A stretch of 64,000 bases of DNA from Polyangiales bacterium (GCA_038230375.1 JBBRNJ010000011.1:1-64000), one strand, 5' to 3'. Shown: positions 1 to 10,004, counted from the stretch's first letter. A program made the numbers and translations. Notes: generated from the letters alone by a model not told the origin.

Positions 1-737
1 AGTACATGACCGAGGCGGTCATGGAGCACCTCATGGCCGGCAAGGTGCAGCTCGGCGGCGAGACGTTGAAGGTGACCATCCTCTTCACGGACATCCGCAG
101 CTTCACGTCCATCAGCGAGAAGATGGAAGCGCACGCCCTGGTCGCGCTCTTGAACGAGTACTTCACCGACATGGTGACGGTGATCATCAAGGAGGACGGC
201 GTGGTCGACAAATACATCGGCGACGCCATCATGGCCGTCTTCGGCGCGCCAGTGCAGCGCAAGGACGATCCGCTCCGCGCCGTGCGTGCGGCCGTGCACA
301 TGCGCATGTGCCTGAAGAAGCTGAACCTGCGGCTGAAGGAGCGCGGCATTGCGCCCATCCGCACGGGCATCGGCATCCACACCGGCGACGTGGTGGCGGG
401 CAACATTGGCTGCGAGCAGCGCATGGAGTACACGGTCATCGGCGACGCCGTGAACCTTGCCTCCCGCCTGGAGAGCAACACCAAGGATGTCGGCGCGGAC
501 ATCCTGATCAGCGATGACACGTACCAGGCCGTGAAGGACCACGTGGAGGTTCGCAAGGTGCGTGAGCTCACCGTGAAGGGACGTGTCCAGCCCGTGATGA
601 CCTACGAGGTCCTGGGGATGAAGGGCGGGCCCATGCACAAGTCGGCCGAGGGCGAGTCACTCGTCCCCCCCGCCGAGCCCAGCGTGAAGCCCGAGAAGCC
701 CGAGACGGCGGAGAAGCCGGAGACGTCCGCGACGTGA
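1..737 (+). CDS. Class III adenylate/guanylate cyclase, C-terminal part (probably starts before the window)
   Basis: VTILFTDIRSFT, DKYIGDAIMAVFG, YTVIGDAVNLASRLES and VKGR motifs; frame is open to the window edge. Confidence 0.92.
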   Translation, partial: YMTEAVMEHLMAGKVQLGGETLKVTILFTDIRSFTSISEKMEAHALVALLNEYFTDMVTVIIKEDGVVDKYIGDAIMAVFGAPVQRKDDPLRAVRAAVHMRMCLKKLNLRLKERGIAPIRTGIGIHTGDVVAGNIGCEQRMEYTVIGDAVNLASRLESNTKDVGADILISDDTYQAVKDHVEVRKVRELTVKGRVQPVMTYEVLGMKGGPMHKSAEGESLVPPAEPSVKPEKPETAEKPETSAT

Positions 738-1810
738 CCGGTGTGACTGGTGTGGCTGGTGTGATCGGCGTGACCGGACGGCTGCTCGCGGGGCTCGCGC
801 TCGTGTGGGCTCTCACGGGCTGCACCATGACGAGCTACGTGGCGCAGGCAGCGGCGGGACAGGACGAGCTCGGGCGCCGTGCGGTCGACATCGACGTGCT
901 CCTCACGGGGCATCACGTGGAAGGAAAGACGCGCGTCCTCTTGTCTGAGATCGCCGACCTGAAGAAGTTCGGCGAGGCACACGGCCTGCGCCCCACGCCG
1001 AACTACACGACGTACGTGCGGCTCGACCGGCCCTCCGTCGCGTGGAACGTGACCGCGTGCGCGCCCCTCGCATTCCGGCCTAAAACGTGGTCATTTCCGA
1101 TCGCGGGGAGCTTCACCTCGTTGAACTGGTTCCACAAGGCGGACGCCGATGCCTTTGCAAGGGACCTGGTGCAGCAAGGTTGGGATGTCGACCAGCGCGG
1201 GCTCGGCGCGTACTCCACCGCGGGGTGGTTCCACGATCCCATCGTGTCGTCCATGCTCTCGAAGGGACCCGAGGCCCGCGGGCGTCTGGCGAACGTGGTC
1301 CTGCACGAGTCCACGCACGCGACGTTCTTCGTGCCCGGTCAGTCCGCTCTGAACGAGAGCGTGGCGAACTTCGTGGGGGACCGACTCGCGCTCGACTACA
1401 TGGACGAGCGTATTGGCAAGGATGCCAGCGAGACCTTGGCCTACGCCGAGCAGGAGCGTCACGGTCGCGAGCGCGTGAAGGTGCTCCACGACGCATATAT
1501 CTCGCTCGACCAGCTCTATGCGTCGAAGATCCCCGCGGACGAGAAGCGCCAGAAGAAGGCCGAGCTCCTCCAGAAGCTCCAGAGCGAGCACAAGTTTTCA
1601 CGGCCCGTGAACAACGCGACCCTCATCCAGTACCGCACGTACAACTCCGGCCAGGAGGAGCTCGGCGCGCTGCTCGTGTCGTGCGATCTCAGCTACACGC
1701 GCTTCTTCCGCGCGCTGGAGGCGCTGCGCGGAACGGCGGCGGGCCAGTCGTTCGAGATCGGCGCGATGGTGTTGCCGCTCATCCGTGCCGGTTGCCCGTC
1801 TTCGCCGTGA
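734..1810 (+). CDS. Putative zinc aminopeptidase-like lipoprotein
   Basis: Lipobox-like LTGC, AYSTAGWFHDP, HESTH (HExxH) followed by NESVANFVG; GTGA overlap with the cyclase stop. Confidence 0.75.
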   Translation: MTGVTGVAGVIGVTGRLLAGLALVWALTGCTMTSYVAQAAAGQDELGRRAVDIDVLLTGHHVEGKTRVLLSEIADLKKFGEAHGLRPTPNYTTYVRLDRPSVAWNVTACAPLAFRPKTWSFPIAGSFTSLNWFHKADADAFARDLVQQGWDVDQRGLGAYSTAGWFHDPIVSSMLSKGPEARGRLANVVLHESTHATFFVPGQSALNESVANFVGDRLALDYMDERIGKDASETLAYAEQERHGRERVKVLHDAYISLDQLYASKIPADEKRQKKAELLQKLQSEHKFSRPVNNATLIQYRTYNSGQEELGALLVSCDLSYTRFFRALEALRGTAAGQSFEIGAMVLPLIRAGCPSSP

Positions 1811-4424
1811 CCTGCCCCTTCGCGGTGACGTGCTGCTTCGGCTTCTTCGGCCCGAATTTCCAGCTCGCGGACGACAGGTCGACCGGCGCGTAGGCGTCTG
1901 CGGAGAAGGTGCCGCTGTCGAAGAAGTGGAACTCGCCGACGCGCACGTGCATGCCCTCCGCGCCGAACTGTTCGACGTCCGTGTTGAGCTTGCGTGAAGG
2001 AAAGACGAACTTCACGGGCTGCCCCTTGCGCAGCTCGTGGGTGACCGTCGCGATGGGCACGTGATGGTGGTCGGTGATCTCGATCACGACCTTGGGCAGA
2101 TCCTCCTGGCTCACCGCGGTGAACGTGATGTCGCCCGTGTAGTCTTCGCGCTTGTCGTCCTTGGTGCGCGCGCTGAGGGTGAGGCGAGGCTCCTTCACCT
2201 GAGGCACCGAGTAAGAGGCCGCCCACGGATCCATCGTATCCACCTTGTACAGATCGGTGTCCTTCCAGCGCGGCGCGAACGGGCCCACGGCCTCGAACGC
2301 GCGGGCCACCGGTCCGACGAGCACGCGTGGCTGTCCGCCCGTGTCCACGACGAACATGCCCATGCGCACCTCCGACACGCCCGCGTAGAACGCGGTGCCT
2401 TCGGACGGGCTCGCGAAGTAGTCGGCGATCAGCGCAGCGTCCGTCAGTCCGTCGCGCGCCTCGCTGAACATCTCGAAGTACCAGCCGCTCGCCGAAGGTC
2501 CCGACGAGTATCCGCCGCGACGGCCGTACGAGATCTCCGTGACCATCGCAAGGAAGCGCTGCTCCTCCGCGGCCAGCGCGACGCCCGCCAACTCGTGGTT
2601 TCCGATCTCGCGGAGCACACGAAGCACGCGCCCAAGGCGCAGGAAGTACGCCTCGGAGTCGGGGGAGATCTCCGCGGTCGCCAAGGCTCCGCGATCGGCG
2701 TAGTCCATCAGCGCGCCGTACACCGCGGGCGCAGGCTCCACGTAGCCCTCCGGAATCTCGCAGCCCGGCTCGTCGTAGGTCGTGGGCACGAACAGGATGT
2801 TGTTGTGTCGGAGCTGTCCGTACGCAGCGACGGCCGAGTTCATCCGGAGATCCTTGAAGGCGTCGGTGTCCATGAACGACGGTCGCTCGCCCTCGGGCGT
2901 CTTCGCGAGCGCGTTGATGGCGGTGAGCCAGCCACCGTAGAGATCGACTCCGGTGCTCGGCTTCTGCGTGATCTCACGCGCCAGACCAAGACCCTTGCCA
3001 AGGCCCGACGTCGGCAGAAGGTCCGGGGGCTCGTATGCGAGCGCGCGATCATGGCCCAGCGCGAAGGCGATGTCCGCCATGGGCACCTCGTGTCGATCCG
3101 TGACGGCGGGATGGACCAGCGGTCTCGTGGCCGATGCATCCGGCGTGATCCGCGGCCCGAGCATCGTGGCGATCACAGGCAGGTTCACGGAGCCCTCGGC
3201 CTGGACATGCGTACGTGCGGTGCGGACGAAGCGCTCGCCGATGCGCGCGCGCAGCTTCTCGGGCGCATCCGCGGCCGCAAGGTCGATGTTCCCCTCGTCC
3301 ATCATCGCCGCTAGGTCCATCGGCGACACATCCTCGCGCTTGCCCGCGACAAGCGACCACACGCGGTCCAGGTGCGCGATCTCGTCAAGCGTGCCCGATG
3401 CGCGTGCGAGATCGGTGAGGGCCATCGCGGCGCGATCTTCGCGTGGGGTCTCCGACGGGTCGAGATCCTCCGACGAGCTCATGGACGAGCGCGACACCAG
3501 GTTCATCTCGATGCGCGAGAGCCACATCGCTGCGCGAAAGTACGTGGAGAGATCCGCGTTGTCGGGGTTGTTCGGCGCCGACTCTCGCGCGTAGTGCCCG
3601 CGCGGATTGAAGCTCGCAAAGTCCACGGCGCGGTCGCGTCCGAACATGTTCACGTGGACGATTCCGGACGCGGCCTCGGCCTTTGCAATGAGAGCCTCTG
3701 CCTCCTTGTCCATACCCAGGGCGCTCGGCGACCTGTCACCAAGGAGCAGCGAACGCGCCACGGTCAGATAGAGATCGAGATCGTGCGCGGTCTCGGCCGG
3801 ATACTTGCCCTGCGTGGTCTTCAGTGTCTCCTGCATCGTGTCGAGGAGCTTTGCGAGGCGGGGCGAGAGCTCGCGGTTCTCCAGACCCGCGATGAACGTG
3901 TCGTTGGACCGATACACCGCGTGCATGACCGCATCGACGGAGATGAAGACTGGCAGCTGCGAGCGATACACGTCGTGCAGTGCCGGCGCATAGGACGAGT
4001 ACGAAAGACGCGTCGGCACCACGAAGCCATCCTTCATGAGGTGAGCGCGCTCGTCCGTGGTCAGCCCGTAGCGGCGCTCCACCACGTCCAGGTTTGCGGG
4101 TGCGGTCACATGGTCCCACCGCGTCCGCGCAACAGGCTCCCCAGCGGCGATGTTCTTGCACGCGATCGATAGCTCCAGTGGCTCCAGGTTGACGTCGTTG
4201 GGATCGCACGCGAGATCGTTCGCCGGGTTCACGCTCGGCGGCAGGAGCGGTCCGCGTGCGCACACCAGGTCCACGTCCGGTGTCGCAGAGGGAGGGCGAC
4301 CGCCAGCGTCCGCGATCGTGGTGACCGCCAACGTTGCCTCGTGCCGTGCGGCATGCACGCATCCGACGACCAGGGCGGGAGCGAGTACGGAGAGGAAGAC
4401 GGCTGTGCGGGAGCGCATGGACAT
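1779..4424 (-). CDS. DUF3160-like lipoprotein
   Basis: Start moved to MSMRSRTAVFLSVLAPALVVGC; motifs PVFISVDAVMH, PRGHY, YFRAAMWL, QLRHNNIL, GYVEPAP; the upstream part of the 1300 aa ORF shadows the opposite gene. Confidence 0.75.
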   Translation of the reverse strand: MSMRSRTAVFLSVLAPALVVGCVHAARHEATLAVTTIADAGGRPPSATPDVDLVCARGPLLPPSVNPANDLACDPNDVNLEPLELSIACKNIAAGEPVARTRWDHVTAPANLDVVERRYGLTTDERAHLMKDGFVVPTRLSYSSYAPALHDVYRSQLPVFISVDAVMHAVYRSNDTFIAGLENRELSPRLAKLLDTMQETLKTTQGKYPAETAHDLDLYLTVARSLLLGDRSPSALGMDKEAEALIAKAEAASGIVHVNMFGRDRAVDFASFNPRGHYARESAPNNPDNADLSTYFRAAMWLSRIEMNLVSRSSMSSSEDLDPSETPREDRAAMALTDLARASGTLDEIAHLDRVWSLVAGKREDVSPMDLAAMMDEGNIDLAAADAPEKLRARIGERFVRTARTHVQAEGSVNLPVIATMLGPRITPDASATRPLVHPAVTDRHEVPMADIAFALGHDRALAYEPPDLLPTSGLGKGLGLAREITQKPSTGVDLYGGWLTAINALAKTPEGERPSFMDTDAFKDLRMNSAVAAYGQLRHNNILFVPTTYDEPGCEIPEGYVEPAPAVYGALMDYADRGALATAEISPDSEAYFLRLGRVLRVLREIGNHELAGVALAAEEQRFLAMVTEISYGRRGGYSSGPSASGWYFEMFSEARDGLTDAALIADYFASPSEGTAFYAGVSEVRMGMFVVDTGGQPRVLVGPVARAFEAVGPFAPRWKDTDLYKVDTMDPWAASYSVPQVKEPRLTLSARTKDDKREDYTGDITFTAVSQEDLPKVVIEITDHHHVPIATVTHELRKGQPVKFVFPSRKLNTDVEQFGAEGMHVRVGEFHFFDSGTFSADAYAPVDLSSASWKFGPKKPKQHVTAKGQVTAKTGNRHG

Positions 4425-4568
4425 CCCTGGTTGCACCGCAACGCGTATGCCTGGGTTCGGGCCAAGCCTTTCGTGAGGTTGCGCGGCCCCCGCGACCGAG
4501 GCCGTGTTTCCATGGCACCGCGCGTGTCCGAGGGGACACGGGTTCGGTCGTCCACTAGGATGTTCGCC

Positions 4569-5852
4569 ATGCGTCCTTCGCTTGCCTACGTTGCCATCGT
4601 CTGCAGCCTCGTCACGTTCGCGGGAGGCCTGGGAGTCGCGTGTTCGTCCTCCTCTTCGGGGGCTGGGGGACCAGCGGATGGCGGCACGGACGAGGCAGGC
4701 ACGAACGAAGCGGGCGACGACGCAGGCGAGCCAGGCTACCCGGCTCCGCATTCGCCCATGCCGCAGGCCGTGTCGCGCAAGGGGCCGGTGATGACCGCCC
4801 CCAAGCTCGTGACCATCACGTTCAAGGGCGACGCGCTCCAGGCGGACATCGAGAAATTCGGGACCGAGCTCGCCGCCGCAAAGGCGTACTGGTCCGGGGC
4901 CACTGCGGAGTACGGCGTGGGGCCGCTCACGCTTGCCTCGCCGATCCAGCTGGACGAGACGGCGCCGGTCACCATCTCGGACGCCGACCTGCAGACGTGG
5001 CTCACCGCGAAGATCTTGGGCGACGGAGGCGCGTTTCCGCAGCCCGACAGCAACACCATCTATGCGATCTATTTCCCCGACACGAGCACGGTGACAAGCG
5101 GCAGTAGCTCGCTCTGCCAGGAGTTCCAAGGCTACCACGACGACTACCTGCTGACCGGGACCACGTACGTCACCTACGCCGTGATCGGGCGCTGTCCGCC
5201 CATGGGCTCCATCCCCGAGATCGACGAGGTCTCCGCGGCGGCCGTTCACGAGATCATCGAGGCCGCGACGGATCCGCTGCCCCAGGACAAGCCCGCCTAC
5301 ATCGACGTGGACCAGGTGGGCCGCGCGTGGGCGTTCGTTGGCGGCGGCGCGGAGATCGGAGACCTGTGCGCGGGCTTTCCGGATGCGTTCTATCGCACCA
5401 CCGGCGTCACGAACCTCGTCCAGCGCGTGTGGTCGAACAAGGCGGCGGCCGCAGGCCACGCTCCTTGCGAGCCAGAGGGTGCCGTGCCGTACTTCAACTC
5501 GGCCCCGGTGACGGCCGACACGATCACCGTGAACAGCCCCAGCATGGGTTCGTTCACCACGAAGGGCCTCAAGATTCCGGTCGGTCAGTCGAAGACGATC
5601 GATCTGGAGCTCTACAGCGACGCGCCGACCTCGGGGAAATGGAAGGTCAGCGTGCTCGATCTCTCGAGCGCGTTCTTCCACGGCCCGAAGGCGCTCTCGT
5701 TCACCATGGACAAGACCTCCGGACAGAACGGCGACAAGATCAAGCTCACGATCAAGGCGGAGGCGAAGACCACCATGGGCGCCTCTGCGTACTTCGTGGA
5801 GAATGACCTGGGCAAGCAGCAGACGTTCTGGATCGGCCTGGTGCAGAACTAG
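4569..5852 (+). CDS. Hypothetical lipoprotein with PHI-1/EXORDIUM-like motifs
   Basis: Signal peptide ending GVAC, acidic linker, GYH, HEIIEAATDP, EIGDLC, LVQRVWSN. Confidence 0.6.
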   Translation: MRPSLAYVAIVCSLVTFAGGLGVACSSSSSGAGGPADGGTDEAGTNEAGDDAGEPGYPAPHSPMPQAVSRKGPVMTAPKLVTITFKGDALQADIEKFGTELAAAKAYWSGATAEYGVGPLTLASPIQLDETAPVTISDADLQTWLTAKILGDGGAFPQPDSNTIYAIYFPDTSTVTSGSSSLCQEFQGYHDDYLLTGTTYVTYAVIGRCPPMGSIPEIDEVSAAAVHEIIEAATDPLPQDKPAYIDVDQVGRAWAFVGGGAEIGDLCAGFPDAFYRTTGVTNLVQRVWSNKAAAAGHAPCEPEGAVPYFNSAPVTADTITVNSPSMGSFTTKGLKIPVGQSKTIDLELYSDAPTSGKWKVSVLDLSSAFFHGPKALSFTMDKTSGQNGDKIKLTIKAEAKTTMGASAYFVENDLGKQQTFWIGLVQN

Positions 5853-8191
5853 CTGTCGCGCGCGGCGATCGCCGTCCAGCCCAGGAAACGGACGGCGTCC
5901 CCGGGTCCGCGCCCGTCGTCGTCGAAGGCACCGCCCGCGAGCACATGCGAGACGCCGCGCCAGAACGGACCGAGCCGCGCGGCGACGTCTTCGGGCTGTG
6001 CCGACACGGTCTCCTCCGCCCAGATGGAGAACGCAAAGAGCTCGTCCTCCGAGACGAAGGACAGGAAGAAGAGCATCTGGCGAAACGCGTACGCAGCGTC
6101 CTTCCGCGCGCGCAGGCCCGTCTTTCCACGGTGCTTCGTTGCGAGCAGCTTCGCGGCGTGATGAAACGCGCGCTCGGCAAGGTGACGGAGATCACCACGC
6201 AGCGCGTTCTGGAGACCAAGCGCGGAGAAGAGCTGGGCCAGGTCGTGGGTGGTCACGATCTGCTGCTGCTCGATGATGCGGCCGTTCTGCGCAGGCGTGC
6301 CGAACCGCGGCAGGTCGCGCTGGTGCGACAGCTCCGCGCACAGACGTGCGAGCTCCAGCTCTGGCTTCTCGCCGCTCGTCCCCAGCGCGCGCACACGGTC
6401 ATAGGGGACGCCGTAGTAGCGCTCGTACGGCGAGCCCGCGAGAAGCTCGGCGGCGACCCTTGCGGCAGCCACGAACTTGGGAGTGAACGCGCCCATGAAG
6501 ATGTCCGCGGCCAGCTCCTCCGTGAGCGGGAGCACGAGGCCGGCGCCCTTCGCGAGCGCAACGAGCTCGGTCACGAGCTTGTTCGGAAAAATGGTCTCCG
6601 GGAATGCGGTCACGTGGAGCGTGGCGACCTGCTCGAGCGCAGTGCGCGCGGCCGCGGCCTCGCCGATGCTTCCATCACGGAAACGCTCGATCGCCTGCAC
6701 CCATGGCAGCTCAGCGAGCTTCACCTGGCTCTCCAGATTGAGCAGCAAGAGCGAGCGTCGCTTGCGGAACGCGCCGTAGATCGCCGCGTAGACCCGTCGG
6801 AGCTCCGGGTCCCCAATGCCCAGCGCGCGGATCTGCGACGTCACCTGTGGCAGCACGAGCGCGAGCACCTCGCCGGAGGTCACGATGCGCCGTCGGACCA
6901 GCTCGTCGATCGTGCCCTCGATGCATCGCGTGAGCTTCGACATCAGGTGTGCAGGGATCGTCGCGTCGTCATTCAGTCCAAGGAGCGAGGGGAGTCCAGC
7001 GTCCTGCGGCTGACCCGCGAGCCGCTCGGCGAGCACGTGTGCGAGGTCCGCGTGGAGTGGTCGTTTCGCCCACGCTGCCTGTCGGGCGCGCAGCTGCGCG
7101 TGCTTCCAGGAGCCCGGCGCCCCGTGCTTCGTGCAAAACCCGGCCAGCGCGCGTCGGATGCGCGCGACGTCGCGCTCGCCCAGGGCCTTCGGCTCGCGCG
7201 CTGCGGTCGCGGCGTACGCGAGCAGCGTCGCCATGTTCGCGGAGATGGGCTCCGAGGTTCCATCTGTGGCGCCGTGAGAGCTCGCGTGGCGCTGTCGCAA
7301 GTCAGTGTAGAGTGCACATATCGCGCGGGCCTCGTCCGCGAAGCCCTCCGGGAAGCGCTGGCAGGGGAGGCCACCCTGGAGCAACGGCTGCCGGTCGGGA
7401 CGTAGGAGCAGCGCGCCGTCCGCGCCGCGCACGAATGTGGGCGCGGGCCCCTTCACGGTCATCAGGAAGAGGCTCGCGACGCGATCGTAGAGAGGCAACC
7501 ACACTGCGAGTGCGTGGTTCATGCGGACAACCGCCGGTTTTGGCCGCCTCCGCGAGAGCGCCGTTCGCACGTCTGCTACCTTCGCGACGCTGACGACGGA
7601 CGTCGAGACGAGGGGCCGTGGATCGGGGACGGGATAGAACCGCAGGCGGTCCATGAACGGCGCGATGGCCTCGACGATCGACTCGGCCCGCGCATTGTCC
7701 CCGCGCGCCAGGAGGAACGACACGACGAGCAGCGCGCCCTCTTCCGGGACGTTCACACGGAACGTACCGCTCGCGCGCATCTCGTCCAGACGCCTGCGCC
7801 CCTCGTCGGAGAGGTAGAAGACATTGAGGAGCGTTCGTTCGCTCACGCCGGTCACAGTCGCGGACACCACATCGGCGAGGAGCGTTCGCTCGTGAGCCAG
7901 GAGCGGGCCACCCGCCAGGAGGCTCCCGGTCGCGAAGCCGCCGTGCGCGACCTCGAGCGTTGCCCACGCGGGGACGTCGCGCACGGGCTCGCGCGTGCCG
8001 ATGTCGAGGGCGCCACTCATCATGCCGGTGAGCACGCGACGCCACGAGTGGACGCGGCGCTCCGCGTTCGTGCGCGCGTGGTCGTCGGCCGCACCGTCCT
8101 GCGCGACAAGCGCGCGAGAGAGCTCGGCGAGTGCGTAACCTGGGTTCGCGCTTGCCTGGGGAAACTCGGTGTCCCGCCTGTCGTTCTGCAT
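5849..8191 (-). CDS. Uncharacterised 780 aa protein
   Basis: Long, well-formed ORF (ANPGYA, WATLEVAHGGFATG, LRFYP, EELAADIFMG, AFRQMLFFLS); no catalytic motif recognised. Confidence 0.8.
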   Translation of the reverse strand: MQNDRRDTEFPQASANPGYALAELSRALVAQDGAADDHARTNAERRVHSWRRVLTGMMSGALDIGTREPVRDVPAWATLEVAHGGFATGSLLAGGPLLAHERTLLADVVSATVTGVSERTLLNVFYLSDEGRRRLDEMRASGTFRVNVPEEGALLVVSFLLARGDNARAESIVEAIAPFMDRLRFYPVPDPRPLVSTSVVSVAKVADVRTALSRRRPKPAVVRMNHALAVWLPLYDRVASLFLMTVKGPAPTFVRGADGALLLRPDRQPLLQGGLPCQRFPEGFADEARAICALYTDLRQRHASSHGATDGTSEPISANMATLLAYAATAAREPKALGERDVARIRRALAGFCTKHGAPGSWKHAQLRARQAAWAKRPLHADLAHVLAERLAGQPQDAGLPSLLGLNDDATIPAHLMSKLTRCIEGTIDELVRRRIVTSGEVLALVLPQVTSQIRALGIGDPELRRVYAAIYGAFRKRRSLLLLNLESQVKLAELPWVQAIERFRDGSIGEAAAARTALEQVATLHVTAFPETIFPNKLVTELVALAKGAGLVLPLTEELAADIFMGAFTPKFVAAARVAAELLAGSPYERYYGVPYDRVRALGTSGEKPELELARLCAELSHQRDLPRFGTPAQNGRIIEQQQIVTTHDLAQLFSALGLQNALRGDLRHLAERAFHHAAKLLATKHRGKTGLRARKDAAYAFRQMLFFLSFVSEDELFAFSIWAEETVSAQPEDVAARLGPFWRGVSHVLAGGAFDDDGRGPGDAVRFLGWTAIAARDS

Positions 8192-8194
8192 GAG

Positions 8195-8266
8195 ACTTGG
8201 AGGCAGGATTCGAACCTGCGCCCTTCCGGTAAGAAGCCGGATGCTCCACCACAGAGCTTCTCCAAG
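8195..8266 (-). tRNA. Non-canonical tRNA-like element (nominal anticodon TCT, Arg), no encoded CCA
   Basis: CTTGGAG-AA-GCTC-TGTGGTG-GAGC-A-TCCGG-CTTCTTA-CCGGA-AGGGC-GCAGG-TTCGAAT-CCTGC-CTCCAAG-T: all four stems pair perfectly, but A8, U14, G21 and U37 deviate from tRNA consensus. Confidence 0.85.
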
Positions 8267-8322
8267 AGGAACAGCAGCGGCAGTCTACCCAGTGCTGGCC
8301 CCCGTGTCTCTCTGCTGACGGG

Positions 8323-8604
8323 TCAGGTGATGCGCTTGGCGCGCATGACGCCCTTGCCGGTCACCATCTCGAGCTCGGTGACGAGGCTCTCGGAGATGGC
8401 CTGGGCAATGCGAATCGAATGGCCGCGTTGACCGGACGCGGGCGCAGCGCGGTCAAGCAGCTCACAGGCGCCCCGTGCGAGACGAAGGGCCTCACGCAGC
8501 TCCGCCTCTGCCACGTCGGTTTCGCCCTGGATCTTGCGGCTCTCGACGCCGATCTCGGTCGGGTCAGAGATGCGCAGGCTGAGTCGGTCGTGGGCAGCAA
8601 TCAT
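8323..8604 (-). CDS. Small hypothetical protein
   Basis: MIAAHDRLSLRISDP...; predicted-helical ~93 aa ORF filling the gap, co-oriented with its neighbours. Confidence 0.45.
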   Translation of the reverse strand: MIAAHDRLSLRISDPTEIGVESRKIQGETDVAEAELREALRLARGACELLDRAAPASGQRGHSIRIAQAISESLVTELEMVTGKGVMRAKRIT

Positions 8605-8733
8605 CGCTGGGCAAGCGTTCCCACATCCAGCCCGATGCGCAAGGCAAGATCGACCTACGCAGCGCGGCATTAACGACGATTGTTTTTTGCTGCCGGCACG
8701 CCACATACATACCGCGAAAATTTGGCGCGTGTG

Positions 8734-9525
8734 TCAATTTGCCGCCCGGGCCAGCTCCGGCAAGAGCACATCCGCTGGAACGAACGCAGCCCATCGCCGG
8801 AGCTCCGCGCCCCGCCTATCGAACAGAATGATCGCCGGCAGCGCGTCGATGTGGAGCTTCGTCTTGCGTGCCGCCGCGCCCGGATCGTCCTCGGCCGCCA
8901 GATCGTCGTAGACGGGGATGATGCTCCCGTCCTTGAGTCGCGCGCGGACCCGCTGGTCAGCGAAGGTCTGGCGATCGAGCTCGCGGCACCCGCGCTCCAT
9001 GGACGTGCAGCCGATGTAGAGCACCGGTTTGTTGTCCCGCGCGGCCTCCTGCTGCGCGCGCGCAAGATCCGTTCGCCACGAGATGCCGCTCGTGGCGCGC
9101 GCCAGGCGCATGATCGAGGGCTGCAGATGATGCGTCATGGCGCTCACGCAGCGCTGGACGATCTCGGGATGCGCGCGCTCGTACGCGACCACGTCGTCTG
9201 GAGACAGATGCATGTCCTTCATGATCGCGCGGACCACGGGCACAGCCTCGCTCGGCGAGAGCTTCTGCATCAGCACGCGGGCCTCGTCCTCCGTGACCGA
9301 ACCGGCGTCGAGACGCGTGTCGATCTCCGCGCCGAGCTTCTTTCCCGCACGTGTGTAGACCTCGCAGATCACATGCACGTCGAGCTCGGGAAGCGCGGCG
9401 AGCCCGGCGTCGCCGCTCCCAGCAGGAGCCACGTTTGCCACGGTCTTCGGCTCCTCCGAGCGCTTCTCGCCGCCGCAGCCGCCGCCGAACGCGAGGATCG
9501 CTGCGAAGAGGACCCCGCGTGTCAT
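8734..9525 (-). CDS. Lipoprotein with C-terminal thioredoxin-like domain
   Basis: Lipobox GGGC; WRTDL..A..EA...NKPVLYI and ALPAIILFD motifs; ATGA overlap with the GNAT gene. Confidence 0.65.
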   Translation of the reverse strand: MTRGVLFAAILAFGGGCGGEKRSEEPKTVANVAPAGSGDAGLAALPELDVHVICEVYTRAGKKLGAEIDTRLDAGSVTEDEARVLMQKLSPSEAVPVVRAIMKDMHLSPDDVVAYERAHPEIVQRCVSAMTHHLQPSIMRLARATSGISWRTDLARAQQEAARDNKPVLYIGCTSMERGCRELDRQTFADQRVRARLKDGSIIPVYDDLAAEDDPGAAARKTKLHIDALPAIILFDRRGAELRRWAAFVPADVLLPELARAAN

Positions 9526-10004
9526 CGTCTTGCGAGCCTCGAGAGCGCGGGGTCCGTCATCCGGACGTGCTCCCACTGGCGCTCCACCTTCGCACCCAGG
9601 CGATCGTAGAAGTCCTTCGCGGGAGTGTTCCAATCGAGCACCTGCCACTCGAAGCGCGGACAGCCTTCATCGACGGCTATCTCGGCGAGCCGTTGCATGA
9701 GCGCGCGCCCGGTGCCGCTCCCCCGCGCCGCGGGGCGCACGAAGAGATCCTCCAGCTTCAGCACGGAGCGGCCGAGCCACGTCGAGTAGCCGAAGAAGTA
9801 GAACGCGAAACCCACCGCCACACCGTCGCGCTCCGCGATGAGCACGTGGAACTTGGGGGTCTCGCCGAAGCCGTCGCGCAGGAAATCGTCCTCGCGCGCG
9901 GTCACCGCGTCTGGCTCCTTCTCGTAGAGCGCGAGCTCGCGGACGAGCGCCAGGATCAGCCCAACGTCGTCCGCGGTTGCCTTCCTGATCGCGGCCGGCA
10001 GCAT
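9522..10004 (-). CDS. GNAT acetyltransferase, diamine/SSAT-like
   Basis: ELALYEK, YSTWLG, LEDLFVRPAARGSGTG, WQVLDWN. Confidence 0.9.
   Translation of the reverse strand: MLPAAIRKATADDVGLILALVRELALYEKEPDAVTAREDDFLRDGFGETPKFHVLIAERDGVAVGFAFYFFGYSTWLGRSVLKLEDLFVRPAARGSGTGRALMQRLAEIAVDEGCPRFEWQVLDWNTPAKDFYDRLGAKVERQWEHVRMTDPALSRLARR

Noticed and set aside
734..778. 9 nt degenerate repeat (GTGACCGGT-like) at the cyclase-aminopeptidase junction
   Set aside because: Short low-complexity stretch with no evident function; it only makes the start codon ambiguous
4425..5681. N-terminal extension of the 1300 aa minus-strand ORF
   Set aside because: Antisense shadow of the plus-strand lipoprotein gene; a signal peptide begins at 4424
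8195..8266. tRNA-like element as an island attachment site
   Set aside because: No integrase, no duplicated 3' end seen in the window and no obvious compositional shift
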